Part shown: one piece after another, positions 18,591 to 29,700 of the stretch
Layout: each line of letters begins with the position of its first letter
How positions within the stretch are numbered: position 1 is the stretch's first letter
Source of the DNA: Helicobacteraceae bacterium UBA6016
GTDB lineage: Bacteria > Campylobacterota > Campylobacteria > Campylobacterales > UBA6016
DNA: 51,038 nt
Direction: 5' to 3'
NCBI GenBank assembly: GCA_002428055.1
Contig: DIZY01000119.1
Span: 1,855 to 52,892 of the forward strand
Program-made: the position numbers and the translations under genes
The notes under the pieces: model-generated
Databases searched by the model: none
What the model saw: only the letters and a program-made list of their open reading frames with translations
Told to the model about the DNA's origin: nothing

Positions 18591-20060
18591 TTATTCTGGA
18601 ATTAGCGTCCAGCCTGGTTTGAGCTTCGCTTTGTAAAGAAACATATAATGTAAGATATGCTTAATCCAGTGACCAGCAAGACCTATTTCACCAAATGTGT
18701 AGTCCGTATCCCTACCCGTTCCCGGATATTTATCAAAGTTTGGAACAACCGGATATACCGTCATTGCCGCAGCTTGACCGTCAAGCCAGCCTTTTCCGGC
18801 AGAAGCCACACACGCCGCTCCCATTTCCGCCATAGAGGCCTCATGTAGATGAGCGTTTGCCCCTTTTGTGATTAGGTCGCATATACTGTGAGCTACCGCT
18901 TTTCCAATGATACCGCTTGGCATACCTGTTCTTGGAGGAGTCGGGTTGATTACGGTGCCGTTAGGCGACTTCATCGGTTTTGAGATGATATGCGGAGGCG
19001 CAAAAGCGATTCCGGCTGCAAATATATTTTTGTATGTCGGATTTTGGTATTTTCTAGGCCAATCGGACGCTTTCCACTCTGCGTACGGTTTTGGCGTATA
19101 GTCGGCATCCACTTTCATAAAGCCGTTCGGCGCAAATATCTGATCAGTAATATCCTCACCCGCTTTGTTGTAAGCTTTTAGTCCTTGTCCTGCAAATGGC
19201 GGAATAAGCATTGAAAAATCAAATGTCTCCTCGCTCATTGTGCCATCCAGCTGCTCATAGCTTACTTTTCCGGCTTCTACCTTATTTACATGAGCGCCAA
19301 GGATATAGTCCACATCTCTCTCCGCAAAAAGAGACTCCGTAAAGATTCTAGAGCTTACGACATAACCGCCGACTTTCATATGAAGTCCGCCCATGCCGAA
19401 ATCACCCAAAAACGATTCATTTGAAATCCATTTTATTTCGGCTTTGTCTCTAACGCCTGCTTTACGAATCTCATGGTCCACATTGAAAATATATTCAAAA
19501 GCGGCGCCCTGACAAGTACACATACCGTGCCCCGTGCCTATCAAAAACTTCTGTTTTTCGCCTTTTTTCATCTTCTCTATACATTTTTGAAGCTCATGCG
19601 CCGCATGCTCGGCGTGGTCTGCGGTACATACCGATACCGTATGGCTTCCGAGTTGTGACCCCTCTCCTAGTCCTGGAGTGGCGCCAAAGTTTAGTTTTGG
19701 TCCCGTGGCGTTAAGAAGATAATCGTATGTTATCTCTTCGCTTTGACCGTTTTTGCCTTGGCCTGTATACTCTACGGTCACAAAAGGCTTATCGCTTGAT
19801 GCGCCGCCTTCTGGATTGATACTTATCGCTTTAGCTTGTTTGTAGGTGATTCCGGCTTTTTCGTACACCGGCGCCAAATCAAATGTAACATCTTCTTTTG
19901 TCATTTGCCCTACGCCGACCCAGATATTGGAAGGTATCCAATTCCATTTTGCATTAGGCGTCACTACGACGACCTCATGCCCTTTTCCTAGCCATTTGGC
20001 TGCAAAAGTAGCAGCCGTATGCCCTGCGACTCCGGCACCCAAAACAACAACTCTTGCCAT
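18591..20060 (-). CDS. sqr: sulfide:quinone oxidoreductase-like FAD flavoprotein
   Basis: 489 aa. Has an FAD-binding VVVLGAGVAGHTAA motif, overall SQR-like sequence, and conserved Cys contexts GMCTCQGAAFEY and GAACVASAG. Confidence 0.75.
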   Translation of the reverse strand: MARVVVLGAGVAGHTAATFAAKWLGKGHEVVVVTPNAKWNWIPSNIWVGVGQMTKEDVTFDLAPVYEKAGITYKQAKAISINPEGGASSDKPFVTVEYTGQGKNGQSEEITYDYLLNATGPKLNFGATPGLGEGSQLGSHTVSVCTADHAEHAAHELQKCIEKMKKGEKQKFLIGTGHGMCTCQGAAFEYIFNVDHEIRKAGVRDKAEIKWISNESFLGDFGMGGLHMKVGGYVVSSRIFTESLFAERDVDYILGAHVNKVEAGKVSYEQLDGTMSEETFDFSMLIPPFAGQGLKAYNKAGEDITDQIFAPNGFMKVDADYTPKPYAEWKASDWPRKYQNPTYKNIFAAGIAFAPPHIISKPMKSPNGTVINPTPPRTGMPSGIIGKAVAHSICDLITKGANAHLHEASMAEMGAACVASAGKGWLDGQAAAMTVYPVVPNFDKYPGTGRDTDYTFGEIGLAGHWIKHILHYMFLYKAKLKPGWTLIPE

Positions 20061-20116
20061 TTCTATCCTTTTTGTTAAGCTTGTTTTACGAAATCAATAA
20101 AAAGCCAAATCAAAGC

Positions 20117-20157
20117 GAATAATAATCTTGGATTCATTTTGTTGAAGATTATTATTC
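20117..20157. promoter_or_regulatory. perfect 13-bp inverted repeat upstream of sqr
   Basis: GAATAATAATCTT-N15-AAGATTATTATTC, located 57-97 bp upstream of the sqr start codon. Confidence 0.4.
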
Positions 20158-20346
20158 AATATGACTATTATAATTTTTTACAATAATCAAGTTGGTTAAT
20201 AATTGTATAATTAAGCTTAAAATAAAATTACAAAATAGTGTCAAATATGTTGTTTTTTTAATAAATACTATGATTGTAGTATTATGTAAAAGATTGTTAT
20301 TGATTTATTATATGAGTTAGTTAAGAATTGGTGATTTAATGTTTAC

Positions 20347-20736
20347 TTACACATTCAAAAATTTTTCAAAAAGACGCCTAAGTATTAGCGCATCTTTCGG
20401 GCTTCCGTTGACTTTTGCCCTATCTTCCAATGAGAGTATCTCTTCTTTCGAGAGGTTAAAGTATATAACGCTTACTGCCGCATCAAACTCTTGCTCGGCA
20501 AGTTTTTTGGTTAGCACGGTTTTGCCTATATTTACGGATATAGGCTTCTCGTCCGGCGAGGGTTCGTTTTCTTCAAATATCCGCATAAGACTCATAAAGT
20601 TGGTATAAAAGTCAACAATAAAGGCTATCTGCTCGTCAGACGAATAGTGCGCTTTTTGGCGGAAAAAAGGTCCCGCCTCCTCTATGTAATCTTTGAGTTT
20701 GGCGTGCTTTTTTCTTATCTCTTCTATTTTTTGCAT
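20347..20736 (-). CDS. hypothetical protein (129 aa)
   Basis: The ORF follows the M3 peptidase gene with a 10-nt gap on the same strand. No motif recognised. Confidence 0.5.
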   Translation of the reverse strand: MQKIEEIRKKHAKLKDYIEEAGPFFRQKAHYSSDEQIAFIVDFYTNFMSLMRIFEENEPSPDEKPISVNIGKTVLTKKLAEQEFDAAVSVIYFNLSKEEILSLEDRAKVNGSPKDALILRRLFEKFLNV

Positions 20737-20746
20737 TTCGTTATGC

Positions 20747-22696
20747 CTATATTATGCCGTTTAGTCGTAAAAGCGCAGAGCTATCGGTGTCTCTTCCCAT
20801 AAACTCTCTAAAAATATCCCTCATATCCTCGGCTCCGCCTTTTGCAAAGACGCTCTCTCTTAGTTTTTCGCCCTTTGAATAATCGAGCGCACCGTTTGAG
20901 TCCGTGAAGGCATAAAATGCATCTGCACTCAGCACTTCCGCCCACTTGTAGCTATAGTATCCGGCCGCATACCCTCCGGCAAAAATATGTGAAAACGAGT
21001 TTTTAAACTTGTTATATTCCGGCGGATTCATTACTGCTACCTCTCTTCTGACCTCTTCAAGTATCTTTTCGGCGCCAGCTTCGTCGGTATGGCTTGCGTG
21101 CACTCTCATATCAAAAATCCCAAACTCAAGCTGTCTTAACATACCGAGCGCAGAGTGGAAGTTGCGAGCCGCTTTGAGCCGCTCTATATCATTATCGCTC
21201 ATTGGCTTTTTGGTTTTATAGTGAAAAGAAAAAAGTTTTAATACCTCTTTTTTGTAAGCAAAATTTTCCAAAAATTGAGACGGAAACTCAACTACATCCC
21301 ACATTACTCCGTTTACGCCGGATACCGAAGCAACGCTATTTTTAGCCAGCAAGTGGTGAAGTGCGTGCCCCATTTCATGAAATAGCGTCTCTATGTCGTA
21401 GTGTCTTAGAAGCGAGGGCTCTTTTTTGGTTGGTTTTGGAAAGTTGCAGACGACAAATGCGACAGGCAGGCTTTGTTTGCCTTTTGGGTCTATGTGTGCA
21501 TTTTCCCAATTATCCATCCATGCGCCGCCTTTTTTGTCTTTTCTTGCGCAAAGATCCATATACAGCCTGCCGATTAGCTCCCCTTTTTCGTACAAGTCAA
21601 ACGCCGATGCGTTTTTGTCCCACATCTTTGCCTTAACTTGGCGAAATTCCACGCCGAATAGATTGTTTAAAAACTCAAACATCCCTTTTAGAACCGAGCT
21701 TAACTCAAAGTATTGCTTGAAGTGCTCCTCATCTATCTCAAAAGCCTCTTTTCTAAGTTTTTCGGCAAAATATGCGCTATCATAGCTTTGCATATCACTA
21801 ACGCCGTGTTTTGCGGCAAATGCTTTCAAATCTTCTATCTCTTTTTCTCCGGCAGGCTTCGACTTTGCAGCTATTGAGCCGAGAAATTCTAAAACTTCCG
21901 CATGAGAACCAGCCATTTTTGTAGCAAGAGACAAAGATGCGAAAGAGTCAAAACCCAAAATTTTTGCTTTTTCGTCTCGCAGTGCCAAAATCTTTGTAAT
22001 AAGTTCACCGTTTTTTGAGCCTCTTGTCACATGGGCGCGGTAGAGCTCCTCTCTTTTTGCCCTGTCTGAGCCGTAAGTCATATAGGCGATAAAACTTGGA
22101 CCCTGTAGCGTAAACTTGTACCCTTTTTCTGTTTTTGCGGAGCTTTTCTCAAAATGCGGCATCTCGCGAACTGCCTCTTCATCCACTATCATTTCATAGG
22201 CGTTTGTATCGTCGAGGACATTTTGGCTAAAGTCGTTTTCGTAGCCGCTCAGCTCTTCGTTTATCTCCCCTATTCTCTTCTTGTCGGCTTTGTCTACTCC
22301 TACGCCCTCAAGTTCAAAACCTTGTATTTCAAGCTCAAGTGCGGTTTTTTGCTCTTTTGATAACGACTCTTTTTCGGATTCATATATCGCTTTTAGCGAC
22401 GCATAAACAGCTTCGTTTTGAGAGAGCTCGGTGTGGTATTCGCTAAGTAGCGGTAAAATCTCTTTGACTATTTTTTGTGTTTTTTTTGAGTTTTTTACGC
22501 CGTTGAGATGAAATATCGGCTGTGTGCAAAAGCTTAGCTTTTCGTCCAGTTCAATAAGCGGCAAGAAAAACGAGTTAAAAGTTTTATCCGGCTCTTTCAG
22601 TAGTTTTTTGATTTTTTTTCTGTTTTTTTCTATTCTCTCTACACTTTTTTGTTTCATAACACCTAGATAGGTCGGAAAGTTTGGGAAATAGCTCAT
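20747..22696 (-). CDS. M3-family oligopeptidase (oligopeptidase A-like)
   Basis: 649 aa. Zinc motif FHEMGHALHH and M3-type overall sequence. Confidence 0.9.
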   Translation of the reverse strand: MSYFPNFPTYLGVMKQKSVERIEKNRKKIKKLLKEPDKTFNSFFLPLIELDEKLSFCTQPIFHLNGVKNSKKTQKIVKEILPLLSEYHTELSQNEAVYASLKAIYESEKESLSKEQKTALELEIQGFELEGVGVDKADKKRIGEINEELSGYENDFSQNVLDDTNAYEMIVDEEAVREMPHFEKSSAKTEKGYKFTLQGPSFIAYMTYGSDRAKREELYRAHVTRGSKNGELITKILALRDEKAKILGFDSFASLSLATKMAGSHAEVLEFLGSIAAKSKPAGEKEIEDLKAFAAKHGVSDMQSYDSAYFAEKLRKEAFEIDEEHFKQYFELSSVLKGMFEFLNNLFGVEFRQVKAKMWDKNASAFDLYEKGELIGRLYMDLCARKDKKGGAWMDNWENAHIDPKGKQSLPVAFVVCNFPKPTKKEPSLLRHYDIETLFHEMGHALHHLLAKNSVASVSGVNGVMWDVVEFPSQFLENFAYKKEVLKLFSFHYKTKKPMSDNDIERLKAARNFHSALGMLRQLEFGIFDMRVHASHTDEAGAEKILEEVRREVAVMNPPEYNKFKNSFSHIFAGGYAAGYYSYKWAEVLSADAFYAFTDSNGALDYSKGEKLRESVFAKGGAEDMRDIFREFMGRDTDSSALLRLNGII

Positions 22697-22698
22697 AT

Positions 22699-23949
22699 TT
22701 AGAATGCTCCGTTTTTTATAAAATTAGCGCCTAGCGCCTGTGAAAAATCATCTGCAATGTCTTCAAAATCCTCTATTCCAAGAGATATTCTAAGCATTCC
22801 GGGGCTTATCCTCATCGCCGCTTTTTGCTCTTCGTTATACTCTGCGTAAATTGTTGAGTGGGGATGGATGACAAGTGTTTTATTATCGCAAAGATTTGTC
22901 GAACGCCTTGCGATTTTTAGAGAGTCCATAAAAGCGTAACACGCCTCTTTGCTTCCAAGATCAAAAGTGAGAGTAGAACCAGGATAGCGAAACTGCATAG
23001 ATGCCAGCTTATAAAACTTACTCTCCTCTAGACCTGGATAGTTTACGCTTTTAATATCTGTTTGGTTTTTGAGCCATTTGGCCAGCAAAAGCGCATTAAT
23101 GCAAGCTTTATCAGCCCTAAGCGCCATGGTTTCTAGACCTAGGCTTTGAAGATAAGCGTTGTGTGGGCTCATTGCCGCCCCAAAATTTCTAAACACCTCT
23201 TTTTTGAGGCGATTAAAAAAAGCTCCGGAGCCAAACTTATGCGCCCAATCTTTTAAAGCTGGATTTTTGCCCCACTCGTATACTCCGTAATCAAGCACGG
23301 CGCCGCCGATACTGGTGGCTCCGCCTGAGAAAAACTTTGTCGTAGATACAACCTCTATATCAAATCCTAGCGCCTCTCCGTCACTAAGATACGGCGGCGT
23401 CATCGTGCTATCTGCTATCAGTAGTATTCCGTGTCTATCTGCCATCTCTCGCAGGGCCGCTATATCTGCTACTTCAAGTTGTGGATTTGTAACGGTCTCA
23501 AAAAATAGGGCTCTAGTATTTTTGTCTATCAGCTTCTCGACCGATTCTAGGTCACAAAAATCCGCCGTTCTTGTCTCTACGCCAAATCCGGCAAGTGTTT
23601 TTGTGAAAAGAGAGTATGTGTGTCCAAACAGATACCTTGAGGATATAATATTGTCGCCTAAGGCGCATATCGTCATAACGGTGTTTGAAATAGCCGCCAT
23701 ACCGCTAGCAAAAGCCACGGCATACTTGGCTTTTGAGACGCTCTTTAATTTTCTCTCAAAAAAATCAACCGTCGGGTTACCCGCTCTTGTGTATGCAAAA
23801 CCGGCTTTTTGTCCGGAAAATACCGCTTCTATCTCCTCGGAATCTTCAAACTCAAAAGCGGCGCTATCGTAAACCGGAAAATTAAGAGAGCCGTACGGGT
23901 CTTTTTGGTTGTAGGCTACATGAATAGCTTTTGTATTAAAACCTTTCAA
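22699..23949 (-). CDS. PLP-dependent O-acetylhomoserine/O-acetylserine sulfhydrylase-family enzyme
   Basis: 416 aa of the Cys/Met-metabolism PLP family, with the PLP-lysine context VVSTTKFFSGG. Confidence 0.85.
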   Translation of the reverse strand: MKGFNTKAIHVAYNQKDPYGSLNFPVYDSAAFEFEDSEEIEAVFSGQKAGFAYTRAGNPTVDFFERKLKSVSKAKYAVAFASGMAAISNTVMTICALGDNIISSRYLFGHTYSLFTKTLAGFGVETRTADFCDLESVEKLIDKNTRALFFETVTNPQLEVADIAALREMADRHGILLIADSTMTPPYLSDGEALGFDIEVVSTTKFFSGGATSIGGAVLDYGVYEWGKNPALKDWAHKFGSGAFFNRLKKEVFRNFGAAMSPHNAYLQSLGLETMALRADKACINALLLAKWLKNQTDIKSVNYPGLEESKFYKLASMQFRYPGSTLTFDLGSKEACYAFMDSLKIARRSTNLCDNKTLVIHPHSTIYAEYNEEQKAAMRISPGMLRISLGIEDFEDIADDFSQALGANFIKNGAF

Positions 23950-23970
23950 AAAACAAATCCTAAAATAAAA

Positions 23971-24468
23971 TTACAGAGATAACGCAAACTCTTCATAGCT
24001 CATGCCAACCGAGCTTAGCGTTGCATCGATTAGTTTCATACTTTCGTTCATTCCGCCTGTTTTTTCGGCGTTTATAAGGGCTTGATAGACCGGATCGATT
24101 TTGTTTATCGCTTCACGAGATGGTTTTCGCCTAACGGAGTAGTACCCTATAATATTGCCTTTTAAGTCATAGCTAGGAGTAACATTGGCAAGCACCCAGT
24201 AGTAACTTCCGTCCTTTGACATATTTTTGACATACGCAAAGATCTCTTTGCCGGCTTGCACCGTATCCCATAGTAGTTTAAATACGATTTTTGGCATATC
24301 GGGATGCCTTATTATGTTGTGATTTGCACCGAGTAGCTCATCTTCAGTATAGCCGCTCATCTTGATAAATAGCTCATTGCCGTAAGTAATAATCCCTTTT
24401 GTGTCCGTCTTTGAGACTATTATCTCATCTTCTGCGAATGTTTTTTCCGTATTGTTTGGAGTTGACAC
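23971..24468 (-). CDS. stand-alone PAS-domain protein
   Basis: 165 aa. PAS pattern IIVSKTDTKGIITYGNELFIKMSGYTEDELLGANHNIIRHPDMP. Confidence 0.75.
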   Translation of the reverse strand: MSTPNNTEKTFAEDEIIVSKTDTKGIITYGNELFIKMSGYTEDELLGANHNIIRHPDMPKIVFKLLWDTVQAGKEIFAYVKNMSKDGSYYWVLANVTPSYDLKGNIIGYYSVRRKPSREAINKIDPVYQALINAEKTGGMNESMKLIDATLSSVGMSYEEFALSL

Positions 24469-24493
24469 TTTTTGTAGCCTCCCTCAAAATTTA

Positions 24494-26641
24494 TCAGCTT
24501 AATATATCTCTATTTCCCTTGTTGTTTGCCTGAGAAAGAACACCCATCGCTTCTAACTGCTCCACTATTCTTGCGGCTCTGTTATAGCCTATTTGAAGCC
24601 GTCTTTGAATATAGCTAATCGAAGACTTGCGTTCGGTTAGAACTATATTTTTTGCCTCATCGTACAGCTCGTCTAGTTCACCGCTATCATATTCGCCGCT
24701 ACCACCGTCGCCCTTTAGTGAAGCTTCCATCAAAAAGCTCTCGTCATAATCAGGCCCTCTTTGGTCTTTTAAAAACTCAACAACTTTTTCTATCTCAGCT
24801 TCAGAACTCCATGGGGCATGCAGACGCACAACGCCACTCATTCCCGGAGGGGTAAAGAGCATATCGCCCCTTCCAAGCAAACTTTCCGCTCCCATTTGAT
24901 CCAAAATGACCTTGCTATCTATCTTTTGCCCGACTTTGAAGCTCACACGGGATGGTAGATTTGCCTTGATAAGCCCCGTTACGACATCTACGCTTGGGCG
25001 TTGCGTGGCGACTATGAGATGTATCCCCGAAGCCCTCGCCATCTGCGCAAGACGGGCGATGCTTAGCTCCACTTCCTTGCCGCTAGTCATCATAAGGTCG
25101 GCAAGCTCGTCGATGATAACGACAATATAAGGCAGTTTCTCTTCGCCTACAGAGTGCGCTTTTTCATTGAAGTTTTCTATATTTTTGGTCTTTGTTTTAC
25201 TCATGAGCAAATATCTTCGCTCCATCTCAAGCACCATATTTGCCAGAGCGTTTATCGCCTGTTTTGGCTTTGTGATTACCGGTGTGAGTAGATGCGGAAT
25301 GCCGTCATACATCGAAAACTCAAGCATTTTCGGGTCTATCATTACAACCTTTAGCTCGTCTGGAGAGTTTTTGTACAGTAGTGAGAGTATCATCGCATTG
25401 ATACCCACAGATTTACCGCTTCCCGTCGTTCCCGCTATGAGCAGATGCGGAAGCTTTTTGAGGTCGGTGACAAAAGGATTGCCGACTATATCTTTGCCCA
25501 GAATGAGCGTCAGAGGTGACATCGATTTTTTAAATATATCGCTTTCGATGATTTCACGCATATAGATGGTTTCTATCTCTTTGTTGGGTATCTCTATGCC
25601 CACCACATCTTTACCGGGGATTGGAGCTTGTATCCTGATGGTTTGGGCTTTGAGAGCCATCGCTATATCGTCTTGAAGAGTCAGGATACGGGAGACTTTG
25701 ATATGTGCGGCTGGTTTGAACTCAAATGTCGTGACGACAGGCCCCGCATAAGTACGGATAACATCGCCTTCTATCTTAAATCTTCGTAGCTTTTCTATGA
25801 GCTCTTTGATTTTTTCGTCTATCTCATCTTCGTTTGCTTCATTTTTTTTCGGTGGGGATTTTGCGAAAAACTCAGAGAGAGGGAGTTTCCATCCCTTTGG
25901 TTTGCCTATCTCTCCTAGCTCTATCTCGTCCATCAATGCTTTGTTTTCTTCCAGTTCCGTTACTATCTCTACATCGCTTGAACTGTTTTTTTTGATTCTT
26001 TTTGGCTTTCTTGGCTCTTCTTCTACCGGCACAGCCTCTTCTTTTGTTGCTACTATTGGTTTTTCGTCTACTACAGCGGTCTCTACTGTATCGGGAGTAA
26101 AAGGCGGCTCATCGACCGATATTTGCACTTCCTGATTTTTATGTGCCTTTACGGCTTTTGGTTCTTCTTTGGTTTTGTTTGCAAAAGAGAGGGACGGTTT
26201 GAGCGTTTTAACAAAAAGCATAAATTTTTGAAATAGCCTATCTACGCCCTCTTCTGCCATTAAAGCAAGCGCCAAAACAAACGAACAGGCCCAAATTATC
26301 CAAAACCCGCCCCTTCCTATAATCGGCGTTACGCCGTCAACAAGACCTTTACCTATAATGCCTTTATACTCTGTGCCTTCAAATACGATAGATTGAAGCA
26401 TCAAAAAAAGTATAAAAAGCAAAGATACCGAAGCGGCAAAAGAGGCTCTTTTGAAATCCACCGTAGGATTTTTATAGAGCTTGTATGAGGCATAGATGAG
26501 AGCAAGCGGATAGATATACGCAAGCACTCCGAATAACTCGATATTTCTAGTTGCAAAAGAAGCTCCAAAACTTCCAACCAAAGCCTCGGAGCCTATCATG
26601 GTGGCAAACGCCAAAAATGCCAAGACGGCAAGTCCCGCCAA
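24494..26641 (-). CDS. ftsK: DNA translocase FtsK
   Basis: 715 aa: N-terminal TM helices, a Pro/Glu-rich linker, Walker A GTTGSGKS, Walker B VVIIDELADL and a C-terminal gamma wHTH domain. The TTG start is the only start codon in the open frame. Confidence 0.95.
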   Translation of the reverse strand: MAGLAVLAFLAFATMIGSEALVGSFGASFATRNIELFGVLAYIYPLALIYASYKLYKNPTVDFKRASFAASVSLLFILFLMLQSIVFEGTEYKGIIGKGLVDGVTPIIGRGGFWIIWACSFVLALALMAEEGVDRLFQKFMLFVKTLKPSLSFANKTKEEPKAVKAHKNQEVQISVDEPPFTPDTVETAVVDEKPIVATKEEAVPVEEEPRKPKRIKKNSSSDVEIVTELEENKALMDEIELGEIGKPKGWKLPLSEFFAKSPPKKNEANEDEIDEKIKELIEKLRRFKIEGDVIRTYAGPVVTTFEFKPAAHIKVSRILTLQDDIAMALKAQTIRIQAPIPGKDVVGIEIPNKEIETIYMREIIESDIFKKSMSPLTLILGKDIVGNPFVTDLKKLPHLLIAGTTGSGKSVGINAMILSLLYKNSPDELKVVMIDPKMLEFSMYDGIPHLLTPVITKPKQAINALANMVLEMERRYLLMSKTKTKNIENFNEKAHSVGEEKLPYIVVIIDELADLMMTSGKEVELSIARLAQMARASGIHLIVATQRPSVDVVTGLIKANLPSRVSFKVGQKIDSKVILDQMGAESLLGRGDMLFTPPGMSGVVRLHAPWSSEAEIEKVVEFLKDQRGPDYDESFLMEASLKGDGGSGEYDSGELDELYDEAKNIVLTERKSSISYIQRRLQIGYNRAARIVEQLEAMGVLSQANNKGNRDILS

Positions 26642-26709
26642 AAATGCTACATCTCGTAAAATAACGCCGTCCTTGAGTGTTTTTGACTCATTATAACAAA
26701 ACTACACTA

Positions 26710-29700
26710 TTACATATAATTTACAAGGCTTAGGCCGTTTATTTTATTTACGGTTGCTAACAGCGCTTGGTAGTTAATGCTTCTTTGATTTAGCTCTAGA
26801 TATGCGGAGCCTATGTCGGTATCAAGCACCTCCGAACGAACCGTTTTGACATTTATTTTTAGCGTCGTAGACCTATCTACGCTTAGCTGAAACGAGTTGC
26901 CCACAGCTCCAATATCTGTATGCTTTCTTACCACATGGTCAAATATATGGTCAATCGCCAAAATGGCGTTTTGCATACCTGTATTTCTAGGGTCATCACC
27001 GTTATCCGACGCTCTTGTTTTACCGGATATTACAGAGTCTATCGCCGCTTGTAACTGGTCAAATATGGAGACATACGGGTCGTCTAGCGTTAGAGCGTTG
27101 TTTGAGTTTAGCGTCAAACTATTAGTGCTTATCTGTGAGGACTTAGTGTATCCCATATTTGTACCGACGCCGGCAGTAGAATCATACATAGAGAGGTTGG
27201 CTCTAGTCGCAGAATGTGTCTTGTCTTCCACGACTATTTTACCGGTGTCATCTATACTTACCGTAGCTTTTCTAGAGGCAGCGTCTACCGCACTGTTATA
27301 ATCTTTTGCGCTCATAACAATAGCTCCGGTTGTAGCGGCTGCCGTTAGAGCCGGAGATAGCGTAAGAGTTGTACCTGCGATTGCACCAATCGTATATGAG
27401 CTTGTTCCGTTGCCTATTGTTATCTTATCCCCAACGCTATAACCGCTCACACTAGCCAAATCAATACTGGTAGCCCCGATGGCCGCTCCAGGAGCCGCAA
27501 CGGTAGTGGATGACGGTAGCGTATTGCCTATTACCATGCTCATAACATCTGTTAGCTGCCTATATGTTACATCATTTGGCATTGTTATCGTTTGAGGAGA
27601 GTCGGCATTTAGTATGCTATATTTATTTGCCCCTACTGTAAATGTCGCCCCTGTCGCCGCAAAATCAATAGTAACGGTTTGGTTGTTGCCGTCCACATTT
27701 GTCATCTCCATTGTTAGCTGTTTGCCGACCATTGTCGTGGAGCCAGAGGTGGAGAGTAGCGTGTCGGTAGGCTTGGCGTACGCATTTGTACTGCTAACAA
27801 CCTGCGAGACATTAGAGCTCAAAATTGCGCCGTCCTTTTTGAAGTATACCTTGTCGGACTCTACGCCGTTAATTGATGCAAATGTCTTTACGCCGACGGT
27901 AGTATCTCCGTTTAGCGTCATTGTTCTTAGCCGTGAAGACTGCGTATCGGTATACTTAGGGTCTATATTTTTATCTTTAACGACTATTTTTCCACTTACT
28001 AGTGTCGTAGAAAACTGGTTTGCGCCAAATTCCGAATCAAGAGCTCCTTGTATTTCGTCTACTAGATTTCGCATAGTAGAGCTTGTCGTTAGGCTAAAAG
28101 CGTGAGCTGTACCATTGAGCGTAATGCCGCTAGGTATGCCGCCCAAAACACTTGTGAGTAGCTCTTGAGGTTGTGCATTAGCGGCGCTTTGTCTGTTTTT
28201 AAACTCTACATTGAAGTTAAAAGTGGAATGATCCCACTGGTCATTCCAAGCCGGGGCATTTACGACGGTTAAGGGCGCCATTCCGCTTTTCATAAACTCT
28301 GTAACACTTTGTCCCGAAGAGGCTAGCGCTCCGACATCTGTTAGCGGCGTAACGATACTCACTGGATCTCCCGCTGCCACATTTGCTTTTAGCCCTGATG
28401 ATAGGTTGATTGTATCCGGTGGCCCGGCAGTCGTAGATGAAATCGTATATTTTTCACCGCCTATAATTATCTCGTCCCCTGCTGCCATACCTGTTGCGGA
28501 GGCCACATTGAGGCTTGTGGCTCCCGCCAAATATGGCGCTGCGCCCGCATCCGCCGTAGTGCTTGATGCGTTGACTTTTTTGATGCTAACTTCGGTTACT
28601 TCTGCTTTCGGTGATGCGCCAAGCGGCGGCTTATAGTTTATAATATCGCTTAGCGGTGTTGTAGCGGAAGCCGTTATCGATGCTACTTGCACCTGCCCCA
28701 ACCCTTCGATATTGAGCACATCACCGACGGCTATACCTGTCGAGCTTTGCACCGTCATGGCCGTAGATCCGGAGGTAAACCCGGTTGTTGCTTTCGTAAG
28801 AGCCCCGCTATTATCGCTTCCGACCATGTGAAATTGCAGCTTACTACTTCCCTTTTGCAGGTCTTTTACCTCTATTTCACCATAGTTATTGAGCGTAACA
28901 TCTACATTACCCTTATAGGTATCCTTGATTTTGTCTAGTAGGTCGCTTATCTTGGAGTCTGCGCTTACATCTATTCGTTGTTTAAAGCTTGTGCCGTCAG
29001 ATTGGGTACCCGTAACATAAAAATAGCTTTTTTCTCCGTCTCCGTTATTTCCGGTCATATCTTTTATTTTATCATCTACCGTAATATAGCGGTCAGTTGG
29101 CGGTTGGTCGTACAGTAGCGTTATATTTTTTTTCGGCACATTGGTAGATACGGTTCTAGCATAGTCATTGTCGGACCCAAGAAAAAGACTATTGCCGTCA
29201 ATATTAAAAGGCAGTTGTACCCCAGAGCTTATAAGAGATTTTACTTCATCGCTATTTCCTTGATAGTTTCCGCTAGCGTCTATCGGCTTTTGGGCAAAAG
29301 CGGAGCCGGAAAACAGATATTGCCCATTGATGGATGTATTCGCAAGATTCATCATATGTTGTCTTAGCCCGACAAGCTCTTGAGCTATTGCTCTTCTGTC
29401 GGTTGTGCTGTTGGATTCACTTGTTGCATTAATTAGTTTTGTTTTAAATTCGGTAAGCGTTTTTACCATTTGATTCATCGTATTGTCTGAGTTTGAAGCA
29501 AACTGTCTCGCCATATCTGCGCCAAGCGCATTCTGAGAAAGGGTATACTCCTCTTGATCTAGCCTAAGAGTGTTTACAAATGTGCTCGTATCTTGATAGC
29601 CGTACTCTATTTTTGTACCGCTATATATCTGTCTGTTTACATCATTTAAATATTTTATGCTTTTTTCTTGATTTCTAGTGAAATCATGATACATAGTGAA

